Positions 19,204-29,056 are shown, counted from the first letter of the stretch. The stretch: DNA of 64,000 bases from Candidatus Aminicenantales bacterium (GCA_050015275.1 JBEKBS010000006.1:2733-66732); one strand, 5' to 3'. Notes: a model not told the origin generated them from the letters alone. Numbers and translations are program-made.

Positions 19204-20324
19204 TGAAAGCCCGGCGCTCCTGGGTCTGGGCAACGCTCGTCCTCGTCGCGGGCGTCGTCCTGGCCCTGTCGGCCACCTTCCGGCGGCAGGTCCGCGAGGC
19301 GGCCAAGGGCGGGCTCATGGTCGGGGTCAAGATCTACGAATACTCCGGGAGCTTCCCGGCCCTCTTCGAGGCCTGGCGGGAGACCGGGATCAACACGGCC
19401 TTCGTCAGCCCGGCCCTCATCTCCAACCCCGAGTTCAGGGGCCTGGCGAAAAAGAACGGCATCGCGACCTTCATCATCTTCCCGGTCTTCTTCGACGCCG
19501 AGGAGCTGGCGAGGCGGCCCGACCTCTACGCCGTGACGGACAATGGGGTCCGGGCCGAAGACGACTGGGTGAAGTTCGTCTGCCCGACCCGGCCGGACTA
19601 CCTCGCGGGGAAGGTCGGGGAGCTCAGGAAATTGGTCCGGGAGACGGACCCGGAGGGCATCAGCCTGGACTTCATCCGCTTCTTCGTCTTCTGGGAGATG
19701 GTCTACCCGGGCCGGACTCTGGAGTCGCTCCCGAACTCCTGCTTTGACGCCTCCTGCCTCGAAGCCTTCCGGAAGGCGAGAGGGATCGCGGTCCCGGCGA
19801 CCATCGCCGGAACGGCCGGAAAGGCCCGCTGGATCCTCTCCGGCCATCTCCGCGAATGGACGGAATGGAAATGCGGCGTCATTGCCGGCGCGGTCAGGAC
19901 CCTGGCGGGAGAGGCCCGGAGAACGAAGCCCGGGATCAAGATCAACATCCACGCGGTCCCCTGGCGGACGGGCGATTTCGGCGGGGCCGCCAAGGCCATT
20001 GCCGGGCAGGACCTGGCCCTTCTCGCCCCGCTCACCGACTACATCTCGCCGATGTGCTACCACCACATGGTCAAACAGACCCCGGCCTGGGTCCACTCGG
20101 TCGTCGAGGACGTCGAGCGGTCGACGAAGGCCCCGGTCATCCCCAGCATCCAGGTCAAGGAGGCTTACATCCCGGGGCCGGAGTCGGCGGCCGAATTCAA
20201 GGCAGCCCTGACCGAATCTTTGAGACCGCCGTCCCGGGGGGTCGTCCTCTGGAACTGGGCCGCGCTCGAAGGATCGCCGGAAAAAAGGGAAGCGGTCAAA
20301 GCCGTTTTGAGATCGCTCCGCTAG
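19203..20324 (+). CDS. membrane-anchored putative glycoside-hydrolase-like protein (GHL/DUF4015-like)
   Basis: The ATG at 19203 overlaps the upstream TGA (TGATG). N-terminal TM helix, then GVKIYEYSG...FIIFPVFFD...ISLDFIRFF, typical of putative glycosyl-hydrolase-like TIM barrels. Confidence 0.55.
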   Translation: MKARRSWVWATLVLVAGVVLALSATFRRQVREAAKGGLMVGVKIYEYSGSFPALFEAWRETGINTAFVSPALISNPEFRGLAKKNGIATFIIFPVFFDAEELARRPDLYAVTDNGVRAEDDWVKFVCPTRPDYLAGKVGELRKLVRETDPEGISLDFIRFFVFWEMVYPGRTLESLPNSCFDASCLEAFRKARGIAVPATIAGTAGKARWILSGHLREWTEWKCGVIAGAVRTLAGEARRTKPGIKINIHAVPWRTGDFGGAAKAIAGQDLALLAPLTDYISPMCYHHMVKQTPAWVHSVVEDVERSTKAPVIPSIQVKEAYIPGPESAAEFKAALTESLRPPSRGVVLWNWAALEGSPEKREAVKAVLRSLR

Positions 20325-20340
20325 GCCCGGAGGTACAACC

Positions 20341-21615
20341 ATGCCCAACGTCGTCACCATCATCATGGCGGGCGGGCAGGGCAGCCGGCTCTACCCGCTG
20401 ACCAAGGTCCGGAGCAAGCCGGCCGTCCCGATCGCCGGCAAGTTCCGGCTTATCGACATCCCGATCAGCAACTGCATCCATTCCGACTTCCGGAAGATCT
20501 TCGTCCTGACCCAGTTCTCGAGCGAATCGCTCCATCGCCACATTTTCACGACCTACCGCTTCGACAATTTCCACCAGGACTTCATCACCCTCCTCTCGGC
20601 CCAGCAGACGCTCGAGAACCGAGACTGGTACCAGGGCACGGCCGACGCCGTCCGGCAGAACCTCGGTTTCATCGAGGACGCGGGCGACCTCGTCCTGATC
20701 CTCTCCGGCGACCATCTTTACCGGATGGACTACAGGAAGTTCGTCGAGTCGCACCTCGCGTCGGGGGCCGAGATCAGCATCGCCGTCACTCCTGTCACGG
20801 AGGCCCAGGCCCCCGACTTCGGCGTGATGAAGGTCAACCAGCGGGGCCGGATCACGGAGTTCACCGAGAAGCCGAAAAACCCGGCGGACATCGAGCGGAC
20901 GCGGGCCCCGGAGGAGGTCCTCCGGAGGGCCAGCGTCCCGGCCGACAGGACCCACCTCGCATCGATGGGGATCTACATCTTCAGCCGGAGCGTCCTCATG
21001 GACCTCCTGGCCCACACCGACTCCAAGGACTTCGGCAAGGAGGTCATCCCCCTCGCCATCCAGGACCGGAAGGTGTTCAGCCACTTCTTCGACGGCTACT
21101 GGGAGGACATCGGGACGATCCCGAGCTTCTTCGAGGCCCACATGGACCTCACCCGCCCGTTGCCGAAGTTCAACTTTTACGACGAGCGGAAGCCGATCTT
21201 CACCCACGCCCGTTTCCTCCCCGGCTCCAAGATCCTGGCCTCGGAGGTCGAGAGCGCCATCCTCTGCGAGGGCAGCATTGTCGATAGGTCCCGGGTCCGG
21301 GAGTCCATCATCGGGATCCGGTCGCGGATCGGGGAGAACTGCCGGGTCGAGCGGACCGTGGTCATGGGGGCCGATTTCTTCGAATCCCGCGAGGAACTCG
21401 CGGGGAACCGGGAAGCCGGCATCCCCGCGGTCGGGATCGGCCCCGATTCGGAGGTCCGCAACGCCATCATCGACAAGAACGCCCGGATCGGGAGCGGGGT
21501 CAAGCTCGTCAACAGGGCCGGGGCCTCTTCGGCATCGGCGGAGAGCTACGTCATCGTCAACGGGATCATCGTTGTCCCCAAGAACGCCGTCATTCCGGAC
21601 GGGACGGTCATCTGA
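20341..21615 (+). CDS. glgC: glucose-1-phosphate adenylyltransferase
   Basis: IIMAGGQGSRLYPLTKVRSKPAVPIAGKFRLIDIPISNCIHS plus a C-terminal left-handed beta-helix region; classic GlgC. Confidence 0.9.
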   Translation: MPNVVTIIMAGGQGSRLYPLTKVRSKPAVPIAGKFRLIDIPISNCIHSDFRKIFVLTQFSSESLHRHIFTTYRFDNFHQDFITLLSAQQTLENRDWYQGTADAVRQNLGFIEDAGDLVLILSGDHLYRMDYRKFVESHLASGAEISIAVTPVTEAQAPDFGVMKVNQRGRITEFTEKPKNPADIERTRAPEEVLRRASVPADRTHLASMGIYIFSRSVLMDLLAHTDSKDFGKEVIPLAIQDRKVFSHFFDGYWEDIGTIPSFFEAHMDLTRPLPKFNFYDERKPIFTHARFLPGSKILASEVESAILCEGSIVDRSRVRESIIGIRSRIGENCRVERTVVMGADFFESREELAGNREAGIPAVGIGPDSEVRNAIIDKNARIGSGVKLVNRAGASSASAESYVIVNGIIVVPKNAVIPDGTVI

Positions 21616-21641
21616 GAACGGGAAAGCGGGAGGTTTCGGAC

Positions 21642-23897
21642 ATGAGAAGATTACGCGCTCTATCGGCCTTCTTCTTGGCCCTGGCGGTCCTCTCTCCGGC
21701 CCATCTGCGGGCGGAGGCGGCCGGGGAGCTCATCAAGGACGCCCCGCTCGTTTCCGTGTGGTGGGCGGCGGGGGCCTACAAGATCATGAAAGCGGACCCC
21801 CTTCCCTCCCGGCGCGGCGCGGCGGTCGTCATCCAGGCCGCCCGGAACGAGTACGAGCCCTTTCAGGTCGTTTTGGTCCCGAAGAAGCCCGCGGCCGGGG
21901 TCCGGGTGGAAACCGGCCCCCTGCGGCGGGGATCGGGAGCGGAGATCGCCGCGTCGAACATCTCCGTCGCCCGCGTGAACTACGTTAGCGTCACCCGCCC
22001 CACGGACGCCTTCGGCGCGGCCGGCGAATGGCCCGATCCCCTGCCGCCGTACGAAGGACCGTTCGCGGCGCCGGCGGGCGAGAACTGCCCGCTCTGGATC
22101 ACGGTGTTCGTGCCGGAGGGGACGCCGGCTGGGGATTATGAGGGTCAGGTCGCCTTATCGTCCGATGAATGGTCCGTCGCAGTCCCTGTCCGTCTCCATG
22201 TCTGGAACTTCACCCTTCCGCGGACGCCGAGCATCCGGTCCTCCTTCGGCCTCATCGCCTCCGACATCAAGGCCTACCACAACCTGAGCACGCGGGAGGA
22301 ATTGGAAAAGGTCTATGACCTCTACATGGAGAACTTCCGGGCCCACCGGGTCGCCCCGACCTCCTTCGGCGATCTTTATCCTCTTAAGGTCACGTTCTCG
22401 GGGATCCTCTGGCAGGGAGGCGAGTTCGTGTCCAACCCCGTCCACGGCGGCCTGCGGGCCCTGAAGATCGTCGACTCGAGCCCGAATGAGGCGGTCGAGG
22501 CGACAAGCGCCGCGCCCATCCCGGTCACCGCCGGGACCCCCTATCGCCTGGCCTGGTGGGCCAGGACGGAAAAAGCGGGGCAGGACTATACGGTCTTCCT
22601 GGAGGCCCTCGACGCGGGCGGCGCGCCCGTCCATCGTCTCAACCTGGTCAAGGTCTTCAAGGGTCAAGAGGAATGGCGGGAAGAGCGGCTGGAGGCGCCG
22701 GCCTTTCCGGCCGGGGTCAAGTCCGTCGTTCTCCACCTCTTCCCGGCCTTTCGCGACGAGACGGGGACTTCGATGGGGACGGCTTATTTCGATGACATTT
22801 CCCTGACGGCCGCGGGCGGGGGCGCGAACCTCGTCCCGGGCGGGGATTTCGAGATGGACATCAACGGGATGGGGGTCGAGACGGATTTCCGGGAATTCGA
22901 CCGGGCCGCCCGCCGCTATATCGGGGAATTCGGCTTCAACTCCTTCGACCTCCCGCTGAAGGGCCTCGGCACGGGCTCTTTCTATTCGCAACAGGAAGGG
23001 ATGTTCGGCGGCTTCCGCCAGGGCACGCCCGAGTACGACCACCTCCTCAGCGCGCACCTGGGGCAGGTCCAGAAGCACCTCGAAGAGAACGGCTGGCTGG
23101 GGAAAGAGTACATTTACTGGTTCGACGAGCCCGACCCCAAGGACTATCCGTTTGTCCGCGCGGGGATGATCAATATCCGGAAGAACGCCTCCAGGCTGAC
23201 CCGGTTCATCACCGAACACCGGCCCGGGCCGGACATCATGGACGTCTCCGAGATCAGCTGCACGATCTTCCATCAGGTCGACCCGGCCGTCGTGGCCAAG
23301 CTCGCGGCGCAGGGGCGCGAGTTCTGGTCCTACCTCTGCACCGCGCCCAAGGGGCCGTGGGTGACGCTCTTCATCGATCATCCCGCCATCAACCTGAGGA
23401 TCTGGCTTTGGATGTCGCAGCGGTTCGGCCTCAAGGGGATCCTGGTCTGGCGGGCCAACTCCTGGTCGAGCCCGACGCTCTTCCCGGCCGGAGAGCTCCA
23501 GAACCCCTGGGAGGACCCGATGTCCTACACCGTGGGCTACGGCGTGCCCTACGGCCAGGTCAATTATTGGGGGAACGGGGACGGCCGGTTCCTCTACCCG
23601 CCGAACCGGCACCCCGGGGAGGACAAGACCAAGTACCTGACCGGCCCGGTGAATTCGATCCGCTGGGAGATCCTGCGGGACGGGATCGAAGACTACGAGT
23701 ATTTCAAGCTGCTGGAAAAAGCCGCCCGGGAAGCCCCGGCGAAGGCGGCCAAGGCCGCCCGCGAGGCGAAGAAGCTCCTCGATTTCCCTGCCTCGCTCTT
23801 CAAGTCCGGCCAGGAATACACCCGGGACCCCAGGGCCCTCCTCGATTACCGGCGGCGGATCGCGGAGGCCATCGAAAGGCTGACGGCGGCGAAATAA
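21642..23897 (+). CDS. secreted DUF4091-like putative glycoside hydrolase with an inserted carbohydrate-binding-like domain
   Basis: Signal peptide MRRLRALSAFFLALAVLSPAHLRA. The central region (GVKSVVLHLFPAFRDETGTSMGTAYFDDISL) is galactose-binding-like. The C-terminal part (FIDHPAINLRIWLWMSQRFGLKGILVWRANSW) resembles DUF4091 glycosidase-like proteins. Confidence 0.6.
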   Translation: MRRLRALSAFFLALAVLSPAHLRAEAAGELIKDAPLVSVWWAAGAYKIMKADPLPSRRGAAVVIQAARNEYEPFQVVLVPKKPAAGVRVETGPLRRGSGAEIAASNISVARVNYVSVTRPTDAFGAAGEWPDPLPPYEGPFAAPAGENCPLWITVFVPEGTPAGDYEGQVALSSDEWSVAVPVRLHVWNFTLPRTPSIRSSFGLIASDIKAYHNLSTREELEKVYDLYMENFRAHRVAPTSFGDLYPLKVTFSGILWQGGEFVSNPVHGGLRALKIVDSSPNEAVEATSAAPIPVTAGTPYRLAWWARTEKAGQDYTVFLEALDAGGAPVHRLNLVKVFKGQEEWREERLEAPAFPAGVKSVVLHLFPAFRDETGTSMGTAYFDDISLTAAGGGANLVPGGDFEMDINGMGVETDFREFDRAARRYIGEFGFNSFDLPLKGLGTGSFYSQQEGMFGGFRQGTPEYDHLLSAHLGQVQKHLEENGWLGKEYIYWFDEPDPKDYPFVRAGMINIRKNASRLTRFITEHRPGPDIMDVSEISCTIFHQVDPAVVAKLAAQGREFWSYLCTAPKGPWVTLFIDHPAINLRIWLWMSQRFGLKGILVWRANSWSSPTLFPAGELQNPWEDPMSYTVGYGVPYGQVNYWGNGDGRFLYPPNRHPGEDKTKYLTGPVNSIRWEILRDGIEDYEYFKLLEKAAREAPAKAAKAAREAKKLLDFPASLFKSGQEYTRDPRALLDYRRRIAEAIERLTAAK

Positions 23898-23908
23898 CCG
23901 GGCCCGGC

Positions 23909-24604
23909 TCAGCCCCGCATGAGGCCCAGGAAGGCCGACTCGAGCTCGCCCGCTCCTGACGGCCGGAAACGCGACAGGAATTCCGGCAACCCCGAGCGGG
24001 CCACGACCTCTCCCTGCCGGATGACGATGAAATCGTCGCTGAGCTTGACCATCTCCGCCAGCATGTGCGAGCTCAGGAGGATTGCCGCCCCCCTGTCCCG
24101 CGTTTCTGCGAACAGGTCGCGGGCCGTCTTGATGGACGGCGGGTCGAGGGCCGAGAAGGGCTCGTCGACGACGAGGAGATCGGGGACGATGGCCAGGCTC
24201 TGGAGGCAGGCGAACTTCTTGGCGTTTCCCGCGGAATAGGTCCCGGGCCTCCGTTCGAGCAGGGCCGGGTCGAAGAGGATCCGGTCGCAGAGCCTCCGGA
24301 CCTCGGCCGCCCATTTCGCTCCCCCGAGCCCCGACGAGCGGGACGTCAGGTCCAGGAGGGCCTTCCCGCTGAGCCAAGGGAGGAACACGGGATGGTCGGC
24401 GACGTAGCCGATCCGTCCGGCGCCCGTCTCGACCGTGCCCGAATCCTGTTTCAGGAAGCCGAGGATGATCTTCAGCGTCGTCGTTTTTCCCGCCCCATTC
24501 TCGCCGAGCAAAGCGGTCGTCCTGCCTTTTTCGAGCGAAAAGCTCACGCCGCGCACGGCCTGGACGGGGCCGAAGCGCTTTCGAAGCCCGCTCACGCGTA
24601 ACAT
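23909..24604 (-). CDS. ABC transporter ATP-binding protein
   Basis: Start trimmed to MLRVSGLRKRFGP with GGAGG upstream. Walker A (GENGAGKTTTLKII), signature (YSAGNAKK) and Walker B (LLVVDEPFSALD) are present. Confidence 0.85.
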   Translation of the reverse strand: MLRVSGLRKRFGPVQAVRGVSFSLEKGRTTALLGENGAGKTTTLKIILGFLKQDSGTVETGAGRIGYVADHPVFLPWLSGKALLDLTSRSSGLGGAKWAAEVRRLCDRILFDPALLERRPGTYSAGNAKKFACLQSLAIVPDLLVVDEPFSALDPPSIKTARDLFAETRDRGAAILLSSHMLAEMVKLSDDFIVIRQGEVVARSGLPEFLSRFRPSGAGELESAFLGLMRG

Positions 24605-24615
24605 GTTCTCCTCCC

Positions 24616-25350
24616 CTACTTCCGGAGCTCGAGCCGCCGGACCAGCGCTTTCTGGAAGAGAAGGAGGATGGCCAGACCCGCGGCGACAGTGAATCCGCCG
24701 CGGAGGAGCCGCGGCGAAACGATCAGGTTCGGAAAAACGGAGGTGAACCCGACGAAGAGGAGCCTGGACCCCAGGCTGGGGAACCGCCCGGTCCCGAGAT
24801 GATCGATGAAACCGGTCCGCGAGGTCGCGGAAAAGAGCAGGCCGATCAGCGCGGCGGCCTGAGCGAGGAGGATGACGACCACGTTGGAACCGGCCTTGAG
24901 GAAGTGGCTCAGCGCCCCGGCGGCGCCGATATAATAGAAACCGGCCAGAAGCCCCAGACCGAATTGCGGGATCGTAAGCGGATCGAACTTGCCGCAGGCG
25001 ACCCCCCAAAGCGCGGTGAGAAAGAACAGGCAGGCCGCATAGATCCCGGCCGCGGCGGCCAGGGCGAAATTCTTCTGCCAGAGGTATCGCCTGAACCCGC
25101 CCCGGAGAAAGAGGACGTTCTCCAGGGCCCCGCCCGCGACCTCCGTCCCCACCATGTCCTGGGCGGAGACAAGAAAAACATAGGGAAAGAAAAAGAGGAA
25201 GAACTTCATCGCCGTCCCGTAGGTCGTCCGGACGCCGAGGAAGACGAGGAAAGCCGGGAGGAAGGCCGCCAGGGCAAGGTTGAACTTCGAGGCCCGGAGC
25301 TTCAGGCCCGTCAGCCGGACCGTCAGCGGGAAAATATTTTTCTCAAACAT
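24616..25350 (-). CDS. ABC-2 type transporter permease
   Basis: Six predicted TM segments and no soluble domain. It sits directly upstream of the ATPase gene. The 5' end overlaps the thioredoxin-like gene by 28 nt, so the true start may lie downstream. Confidence 0.7.
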   Translation of the reverse strand: MFEKNIFPLTVRLTGLKLRASKFNLALAAFLPAFLVFLGVRTTYGTAMKFFLFFFPYVFLVSAQDMVGTEVAGGALENVLFLRGGFRRYLWQKNFALAAAAGIYAACLFFLTALWGVACGKFDPLTIPQFGLGLLAGFYYIGAAGALSHFLKAGSNVVVILLAQAAALIGLLFSATSRTGFIDHLGTGRFPSLGSRLLFVGFTSVFPNLIVSPRLLRGGFTVAAGLAILLLFQKALVRRLELRK

Positions 25351-25790
25351 CTTTCGAGATCCTCCCGGCGCCGGCCGTAATCTTTGTAAGGGTCGTCGCG
25401 GTAGACCGCCTCTCCTCCCGAGAGCAGGGCCTTGTAGGGAACCATGTCCACCCGGAACTTCCGGAAAAGAACTTTTCTCCTGTCCAGAACGACGGGCAGG
25501 GTCCAGGCGAATTTTTCGAGGAAGGCCCGGAGCGTATCCCTCGGGCCGGAGAAGACGCCGATGACGGCCACGTCGAAGCCGCCCTTCTCGACGAGATATC
25601 TCGCTTCGAAAAGGTCGTCATAGCAAGAGGGGCACTCCGTCGAGAAAAAGACCAGAAGGACGGGGCCTCCGGACGGTCCTGCCGCTTCCTCTAGGGTCAA
25701 GCAAACCCGGACTTCGACGTCGGCCGCTGAAGCGGTCAGGAGGGCCGCCCCGAGGGCGGCAATGACCAGCGCCGCGCTCCGCCGGGTCAT
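25323..25790 (-). CDS. periplasmic thioredoxin-fold thiol:disulfide oxidoreductase (TlpA/redoxin-like, CPSC active site)
   Basis: Start trimmed to MTRRSAALVIAALGAALLTASAA (signal peptide). Active-site context VLLVFFSTECPSCYDDL. The ATG overlaps the NHL gene stop (ATGA). Confidence 0.75.
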   Translation of the reverse strand: MTRRSAALVIAALGAALLTASAADVEVRVCLTLEEAAGPSGGPVLLVFFSTECPSCYDDLFEARYLVEKGGFDVAVIGVFSGPRDTLRAFLEKFAWTLPVVLDRRKVLFRKFRVDMVPYKALLSGGEAVYRDDPYKDYGRRREDLERCLRKIFSR

Positions 25791-26791
25791 CGGACGATCC
25801 TGAAGACCCGGAGCCCGCCCGTCCGGTCCACCGCGTAGATCCGGTCTCCGTCCACGGCCATCCGACCCACATGGGAGGGGAGGCTGACGTGGGCCTCGAG
25901 CCGGCCGGTCGCGTCGAGGACGAAGACCTGGTCTCCGGGTCCCAGGTCTTTCTCCTCGGTGTAGGCGGGGGCCAGGAAGTAGAAACGCTCCCGGTCGAAC
26001 GAGCACTCCCAGCAGAATCCGTCGATCGTCTTCCGCGGTCCCCTGAGCGGAAGGGAGAGGGTCTTGAAGACGTAGCGCCCGTCCACCGGGATCCGGGCCA
26101 GGAGATCTCCGCCGGGGCCGTAGCGGAGGATTGACCGTTCCTGGCAGCGGAAGACCACGAAAAATTCGCCCCGCGGCCCGGCGGCGACCAGGATCATGTT
26201 GCGGAACGCGTCGAACACGGGGTCGCCCGAAAAGCGGGCCGGGAGGGCCTCCCAGATAAGGTCGCCCCTCCCGTTGAAAACGTGGAGGAGCTTCTCCGGG
26301 CCCGACCGTCCGGAAGGGATGTGAGTGACGAGGATCCTGTCCGCCGTGAGGACGAGGGCCCGGTCCGGGGCAAAGGGGACCCCGAAGCTCCGGAGATACC
26401 TCCCCGAAGGGTCGAGGACCTGGATCCTGTGGTTGAGCTTGTCCGCCACGAAGAGCCGTCCTCCGAGGACCGAAACGCCCGAAGGAAAGGAAAATTCCCC
26501 CGGCCCGCGGCCTGTCCGGCCGACCGCGGCCTTGAACCGGCCGTTCTTCAAGAAGATCTTGACGGCGCAATCCTCCGCGTCGGCGACGTAGATATGAGCG
26601 GCGTCGAACGACAGGGATACGGCCAGGGCGAGACAGCCCTCGTCGGGTTTTTCAGCGGCCGAGGTCACGTCCTCAGCGACGTAGCGCCTGACCGAAGGGT
26701 CCTCGACCGCGCCCGCCGCCGAAGGGCGCGGCAAGCCGGCCGCCAGCGCGAGCAGAAAAAGCGAACGCTTCCAAACGGGCTTCATGGTCAT
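25787..26791 (-). CDS. periplasmic NHL-repeat beta-propeller protein
   Basis: Start trimmed to MTMKPVWKRSLFLLALAAGLPRPSAAGA with GGAGAG upstream. NHL-type blades repeat through the body (LNHRIQVLDPSGRYLRSFG, GEFSFPSGVSVLGGRLFVAD, DGDRIYAVDRTGG). Confidence 0.75.
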   Translation of the reverse strand: MTMKPVWKRSLFLLALAAGLPRPSAAGAVEDPSVRRYVAEDVTSAAEKPDEGCLALAVSLSFDAAHIYVADAEDCAVKIFLKNGRFKAAVGRTGRGPGEFSFPSGVSVLGGRLFVADKLNHRIQVLDPSGRYLRSFGVPFAPDRALVLTADRILVTHIPSGRSGPEKLLHVFNGRGDLIWEALPARFSGDPVFDAFRNMILVAAGPRGEFFVVFRCQERSILRYGPGGDLLARIPVDGRYVFKTLSLPLRGPRKTIDGFCWECSFDRERFYFLAPAYTEEKDLGPGDQVFVLDATGRLEAHVSLPSHVGRMAVDGDRIYAVDRTGGLRVFRIVR

Positions 26792-26856
26792 CGTCGGCTC
26801 TCCGCGAAGACAATCGTGGAGGCCCCCCGGCGAGGGGGGCCTCCCGCGGCTCAGAC

Positions 26857-27075
26857 CTAGGCGGCCAGGATGCACTTGCCGAGGGCGATGTCGCAGACGG
26901 TCAGGGCGAGGGCGATCTTGGTCCAGGCGGCATCCATGTTGAGCGCCCGCTCGCGGCAGGCCGCGTGGTTGTTGTAGCACTCGTTGACATCACGAGCGCG
27001 CGCGGCGAGCGGATAAAAAACGACCGTGGAAAACAAGATGAGCCCGGCGAGGGCCAGCAGAACCGCTTTTTTCAT
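26857..27075 (-). CDS. small secreted cysteine-rich peptide (72 aa; mature about 45 aa with two CX6C pairs)
   Basis: MKKAVLLALAGLILFSTVVFYPLAARA|RDVNECYNNHAACRERALNMDAAWTKIALALTVCDIALGKCILAA. AAGGAGA SD lies 6 nt upstream of the ATG. Third-codon-position GC is high, typical of genuine coding sequence in this genome. It is the first gene of the minus-strand operon. Confidence 0.6.
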   Translation of the reverse strand: MKKAVLLALAGLILFSTVVFYPLAARARDVNECYNNHAACRERALNMDAAWTKIALALTVCDIALGKCILAA

Positions 27076-27385
27076 TGGGGTCTCCTTTCGGCCTCTTCTT
27101 AAGCAATCTTCATGCCACGGCGAAAATTTTCCTAACGCTCACATCCCATTGATTTAAAATATTTTATAGCTGGGCAAGCGGCCCATCGGTCGCGGCCTCC
27201 CGGTCCTCCGCGTCACACTTTGTGCCGCCGTTCTCCATCGGCTTAGATTCCAACAGGTTAGAGGGCTACCGCAGGGCACAATATGTGACATGGTGAGGAT
27301 GGACAAGGAGGGTGAGGGCTATCCCAAAGGCTCCTCGAAGACCGAAGAAGCCCGGCGGGGAGCGAAATCCGGCGCGCCGGCCGGA

Positions 27386-29056
27386 CTATTTCAGAAGCGG
27401 GATCCTGATCCCCTTGTCCTTGGCGCAGGCGATGGCCTCGGGATATCCCGCGTCGGCGTGCCTCGCGACGCCGAGTCCCGGGTCCACGGTCAGGACCCTT
27501 TCGAGCCGCCGGCCCATCATGGCGCTCCCGTCGGCGACGATGACCATGCCCGCGTGAATGGACAGGCCGATCCCCACTCCGCCGCCGTGGTGGACGGAAA
27601 CCCAGGAGGCTCCGCTGACGGCGTTGAGGAGGGCGTTGAGGATGGGCCAGTCGGCGATCGCATCGGACCCGTCGCGCATTCCTTCCGTTTCGCGGTTCGG
27701 GGAGGCCACGGACCCGGCGTCCAGATGGTCCCGGCCGATGACGATGGGGGCCGAGATCTTCCCCTTTCGGACGAGACGGTTGATGACCGCCCCGAACCGG
27801 GCCCTCTCGCCGTAGCCCAGCCAGCAGATCCGCGACGGCAGCCCCTGGAACCTGACTTCGTTCCGGGCCTTCCGGATCCATCGCGCCAGGGCTTCATCCT
27901 CCGGGAACTCCCGGAGGACGGCCTCGTCGGTGGCGTAGATGTCGGCCGGCTTTCCGGAAAGTGCGGCCCAGCGGAACGGGCCCTTGCCGAGACAGAACAG
28001 GGGCCGGATGTATTCCGGAACGAACCCCGGGATTTCGAAGGCGTCGCGGACCCCGGCCTTCTGGGCCTGGCCGCGGATGTTATTCCCGTAGTCGAAGGCC
28101 CGGGCTCCCCTCTTTTTGAGCTCGAGCATGGCCTCGACATGGCCGGCCATGGCCTGGTAGGACCGGCGGATGTAATCCTCCGGATCGTCCCGCCTCAACT
28201 TCAGGGCTTCCTCATAGGGCAGGCCGTTGGGGACATATCCGTTGAGCTCGTCGTGGGCCGATGTCTGGTCCGTTAGAATATCGGGAATGATCCCCCGGCG
28301 GACGAATTCGGGCAGGACGTCGGCGGCGTTCCCGAGGACGGCGATCGACAGGGGCACGCCCTTGCGCCGGGCCTCGCCGGAGAGCCGCAGGGCCTCGTCG
28401 AGACTGTCGGTCGTCGTGTCGATGTACTTCGTCTCCAATCGCCGCCGGATCCGGGCCGGGTCGACTTCGACGACGATCGCCACGCCGTCGTTCATGGTCA
28501 CGGCCAGGGGCTGGGCCCCGCCCATGCCGCCGAGGCCGGCGGTCAGGACGAGCTTCCCCTTGAGCGAACCCCCGAAATGCCGCCGGGCCGCGGCGGCCAG
28601 CGTCTCGTACGTCCCTTGGAGGATCCCTTGAGTGCCGATGTAGATCCAGCTGCCGGCCGTCATCTGGCCGTACATCGTCAGGCCCTTGGCCTCCAGCCGG
28701 CGGAACTCGTCCCAAGTCGCCCACTTCGGGACGATCATGGCGTTGGAGATCAGGACGCGGGGGGCCTCGGCATGGGTCTTGAAAACGGCCACGGGCTTTC
28801 CCGACTGGACGACGAGGGTTTCGTCGTTCTCGAGCTTCCTGAGGCACTCGACGATCGCCCAAAAACACTCCCAGTTCCGGGCGGCCTTCCCCGTTCCGCC
28901 GTAGACGATGAGGTCCTGCGGCTTCTCGGCGACCTCGGGGTCGAGGTTGTTCATGAGCATCCGGAGGGCCCCTTCCTGCGACCAGCCTTTGGCGCGCAGG
29001 CGGGAGCCCCGCGCGGCCCGGATCTTTGTCCGAAGTCTGTCTTTTGCCGGAACCAT
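27386..29056 (-). CDS. hutU: urocanate hydratase
   Basis: Start trimmed to [25 protein letters not shown] with GAGGAGG upstream. HutU motifs include [17 protein letters not shown], the glycine-rich NAD site [12 protein letters not shown], and C-terminal [12 protein letters not shown]. Confidence 0.9.
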   Translation of the reverse strand: MVPAKDRLRTKIRAARGSRLRAKGWSQEGALRMLMNNLDPEVAEKPQDLIVYGGTGKAARNWECFWAIVECLRKLENDETLVVQSGKPVAVFKTHAEAPRVLISNAMIVPKWATWDEFRRLEAKGLTMYGQMTAGSWIYIGTQGILQGTYETLAAAARRHFGGSLKGKLVLTAGLGGMGGAQPLAVTMNDGVAIVVEVDPARIRRRLETKYIDTTTDSLDEALRLSGEARRKGVPLSIAVLGNAADVLPEFVRRGIIPDILTDQTSAHDELNGYVPNGLPYEEALKLRRDDPEDYIRRSYQAMAGHVEAMLELKKRGARAFDYGNNIRGQAQKAGVRDAFEIPGFVPEYIRPLFCLGKGPFRWAALSGKPADIYATDEAVLREFPEDEALARWIRKARNEVRFQGLPSRICWLGYGERARFGAVINRLVRKGKISAPIVIGRDHLDAGSVASPNRETEGMRDGSDAIADWPILNALLNAVSGASWVSVHHGGGVGIGLSIHAGMVIVADGSAMMGRRLERVLTVDPGLGVARHADAGYPEAIACAKDKGIRIPLLK

